Origin: a virus | Lineage: Duplodnaviria > Caudoviricetes | Length of the DNA: 64,000 nt | Reading direction: 5' to 3' (one strand) | IMG/VR virus record: IMGVR_UViG_3300006056_000001 | Location: 96,001 to 160,000 of that record | Shown: in pieces, positions 62,977 through 64,000 of the stretch | Layout: each line of letters starts with the position of its first letter | Numbering within the stretch: the first letter of the stretch is position 1 | Position numbers and translations under genes: made by a program | The notes under the pieces: generated by a model | Databases searched by the model: none | Told to the model about the DNA's origin: nothing | The model's input: only the letters and a program-made list of their open reading frames with translations

Positions 62977-64000
62977 TTATATAACAGTACTATATATCTT
63001 TCCACTATTTATAGGTAGTGGTTTTGTCATCATGTTTGACAAAATATTATCCCAGGCATCTACCATGTGTGGTATAGAAAACTGACTAATGTGGGATCTG
63101 CCTTTCATTCCAAGTAGCTTACGCTCTTGTGGGTTTCTTATTAGTCTTAGTAGTTGCTTTACCGCGTGTCCTGTATCTACTACAGCACGCTGGATACCGT
63201 GTATAATTTCTGGCTGGTAGGTACATCTAACTCCTAGTCCTCCAAACTTAGAGAACTCTGCATGACTAGAGTAATTAGAGAATACAATAGGTGTACCGGC
63301 TGCCATACACTCTGCTGAAGGATTAGAGAAGCCTTCGCCGCCTGAAGGATAAAGCATACAATCCCAGGCCCCTAGAATCAAGGCTACATCTTGCTGTTTG
63401 ATTCCACTAAGTCCTCTAAGATTATTAGTAAAGAGACACTTGTTTTGAAGATTCCACATTCTTTCATGTAGATCTGCATTATACCCAGGTTCATCTTTAC
63501 CCATATGGAACCACATATAAAATTTATCATTAGGAATCCCAGGTGTAATATTTTTTGATTTACAATACCAACAATATTGATATCTATAATCTTCATCATA
63601 CATAGTAATCTTATCTAGTTCCCCAGGATACATGTCTGGTTTCTTGATTTCTCTAGTACTATGATTCCATTCCTTAATAGTTATTTCTTTACAATCATTA
63701 CATTCAATGTAATCACCATATACAATATAGTGGGCTATCTCCCAAAGCTTATGGTTCTGTTTTCTGAACTGATTCTTACCGAGCCATCCACATAAAAATA
63801 TATCATTAGATAAGTTCTTAGGTATCAGTTTACTTCTTATCTTATTTCTCTGCTCTTCACTTAATACTGGATACCGGCGCATATCTAATGGATGATACAT
63901 TACCTTAATATCTTTATCAGCTAATTCTTTATTACCTCTGGTAAGTACTTCTTTACCAAAGTGAGACAGAACTACAACCTGATCTGCTTTGCATAGTTTA
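62977..64000 (-). CDS. Glycosyltransferase (GT-B), 5'-truncated by window edge
   Basis: GKNQFRKQ, PSGGEGFSNPSAECMAAGTP; frame stays open to the window end. Confidence 0.85.
   Translation of the reverse strand, partial: KLCKADQVVVLSHFGKEVLTRGNKELADKDIKVMYHPLDMRRYPVLSEEQRNKIRSKLIPKNLSNDIFLCGWLGKNQFRKQNHKLWEIAHYIVYGDYIECNDCKEITIKEWNHSTREIKKPDMYPGELDKITMYDEDYRYQYCWYCKSKNITPGIPNDKFYMWFHMGKDEPGYNADLHERMWNLQNKCLFTNNLRGLSGIKQQDVALILGAWDCMLYPSGGEGFSNPSAECMAAGTPIVFSNYSSHAEFSKFGGLGVRCTYQPEIIHGIQRAVVDTGHAVKQLLRLIRNPQERKLLGMKGRSHISQFSIPHMVDAWDNILSNMMTKPLPINSGKIYSTVI

Overview
AT-rich segment of a large (jumbo-type) dsDNA phage genome, read in the standard genetic code and almost entirely + strand until about 60.7 kb. 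The first 30 kb is an RNA-rich accessory region. It holds about 24 intact tRNA genes (every amino acid except Cys and an intact Asp), TilS, Dps, and a Prs-like plus NAMPT-like pair (NARP1-type NAD+ reconstitution). It also holds a Ro60/TROVE gene followed by a tandem array of six Y-RNA-like units with variable circularly permuted tRNA modules, and several tRNA-like RNAs with expanded arms. Three related HNH endonuclease genes each sit inside or between tRNA gene fragments. Two of them interrupt tRNA-Pro and tRNA-Asp at about the same position with base-paired ends, and two carry a complete same-anticodon replacement tRNA. The 31-60 kb part is a replication and nucleotide metabolism block: ThyX, family-4 UDG, vWA/MoxR pair, family A DNA polymerase, phosphoesterases, RecA split by a group I intron, SpoVG-like protein, class II RNR and a sigma factor. 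The window ends in glycosyltransferase and cytidylyltransferase genes. All calls come from manual reading of motifs and base pairing; no searches were run.
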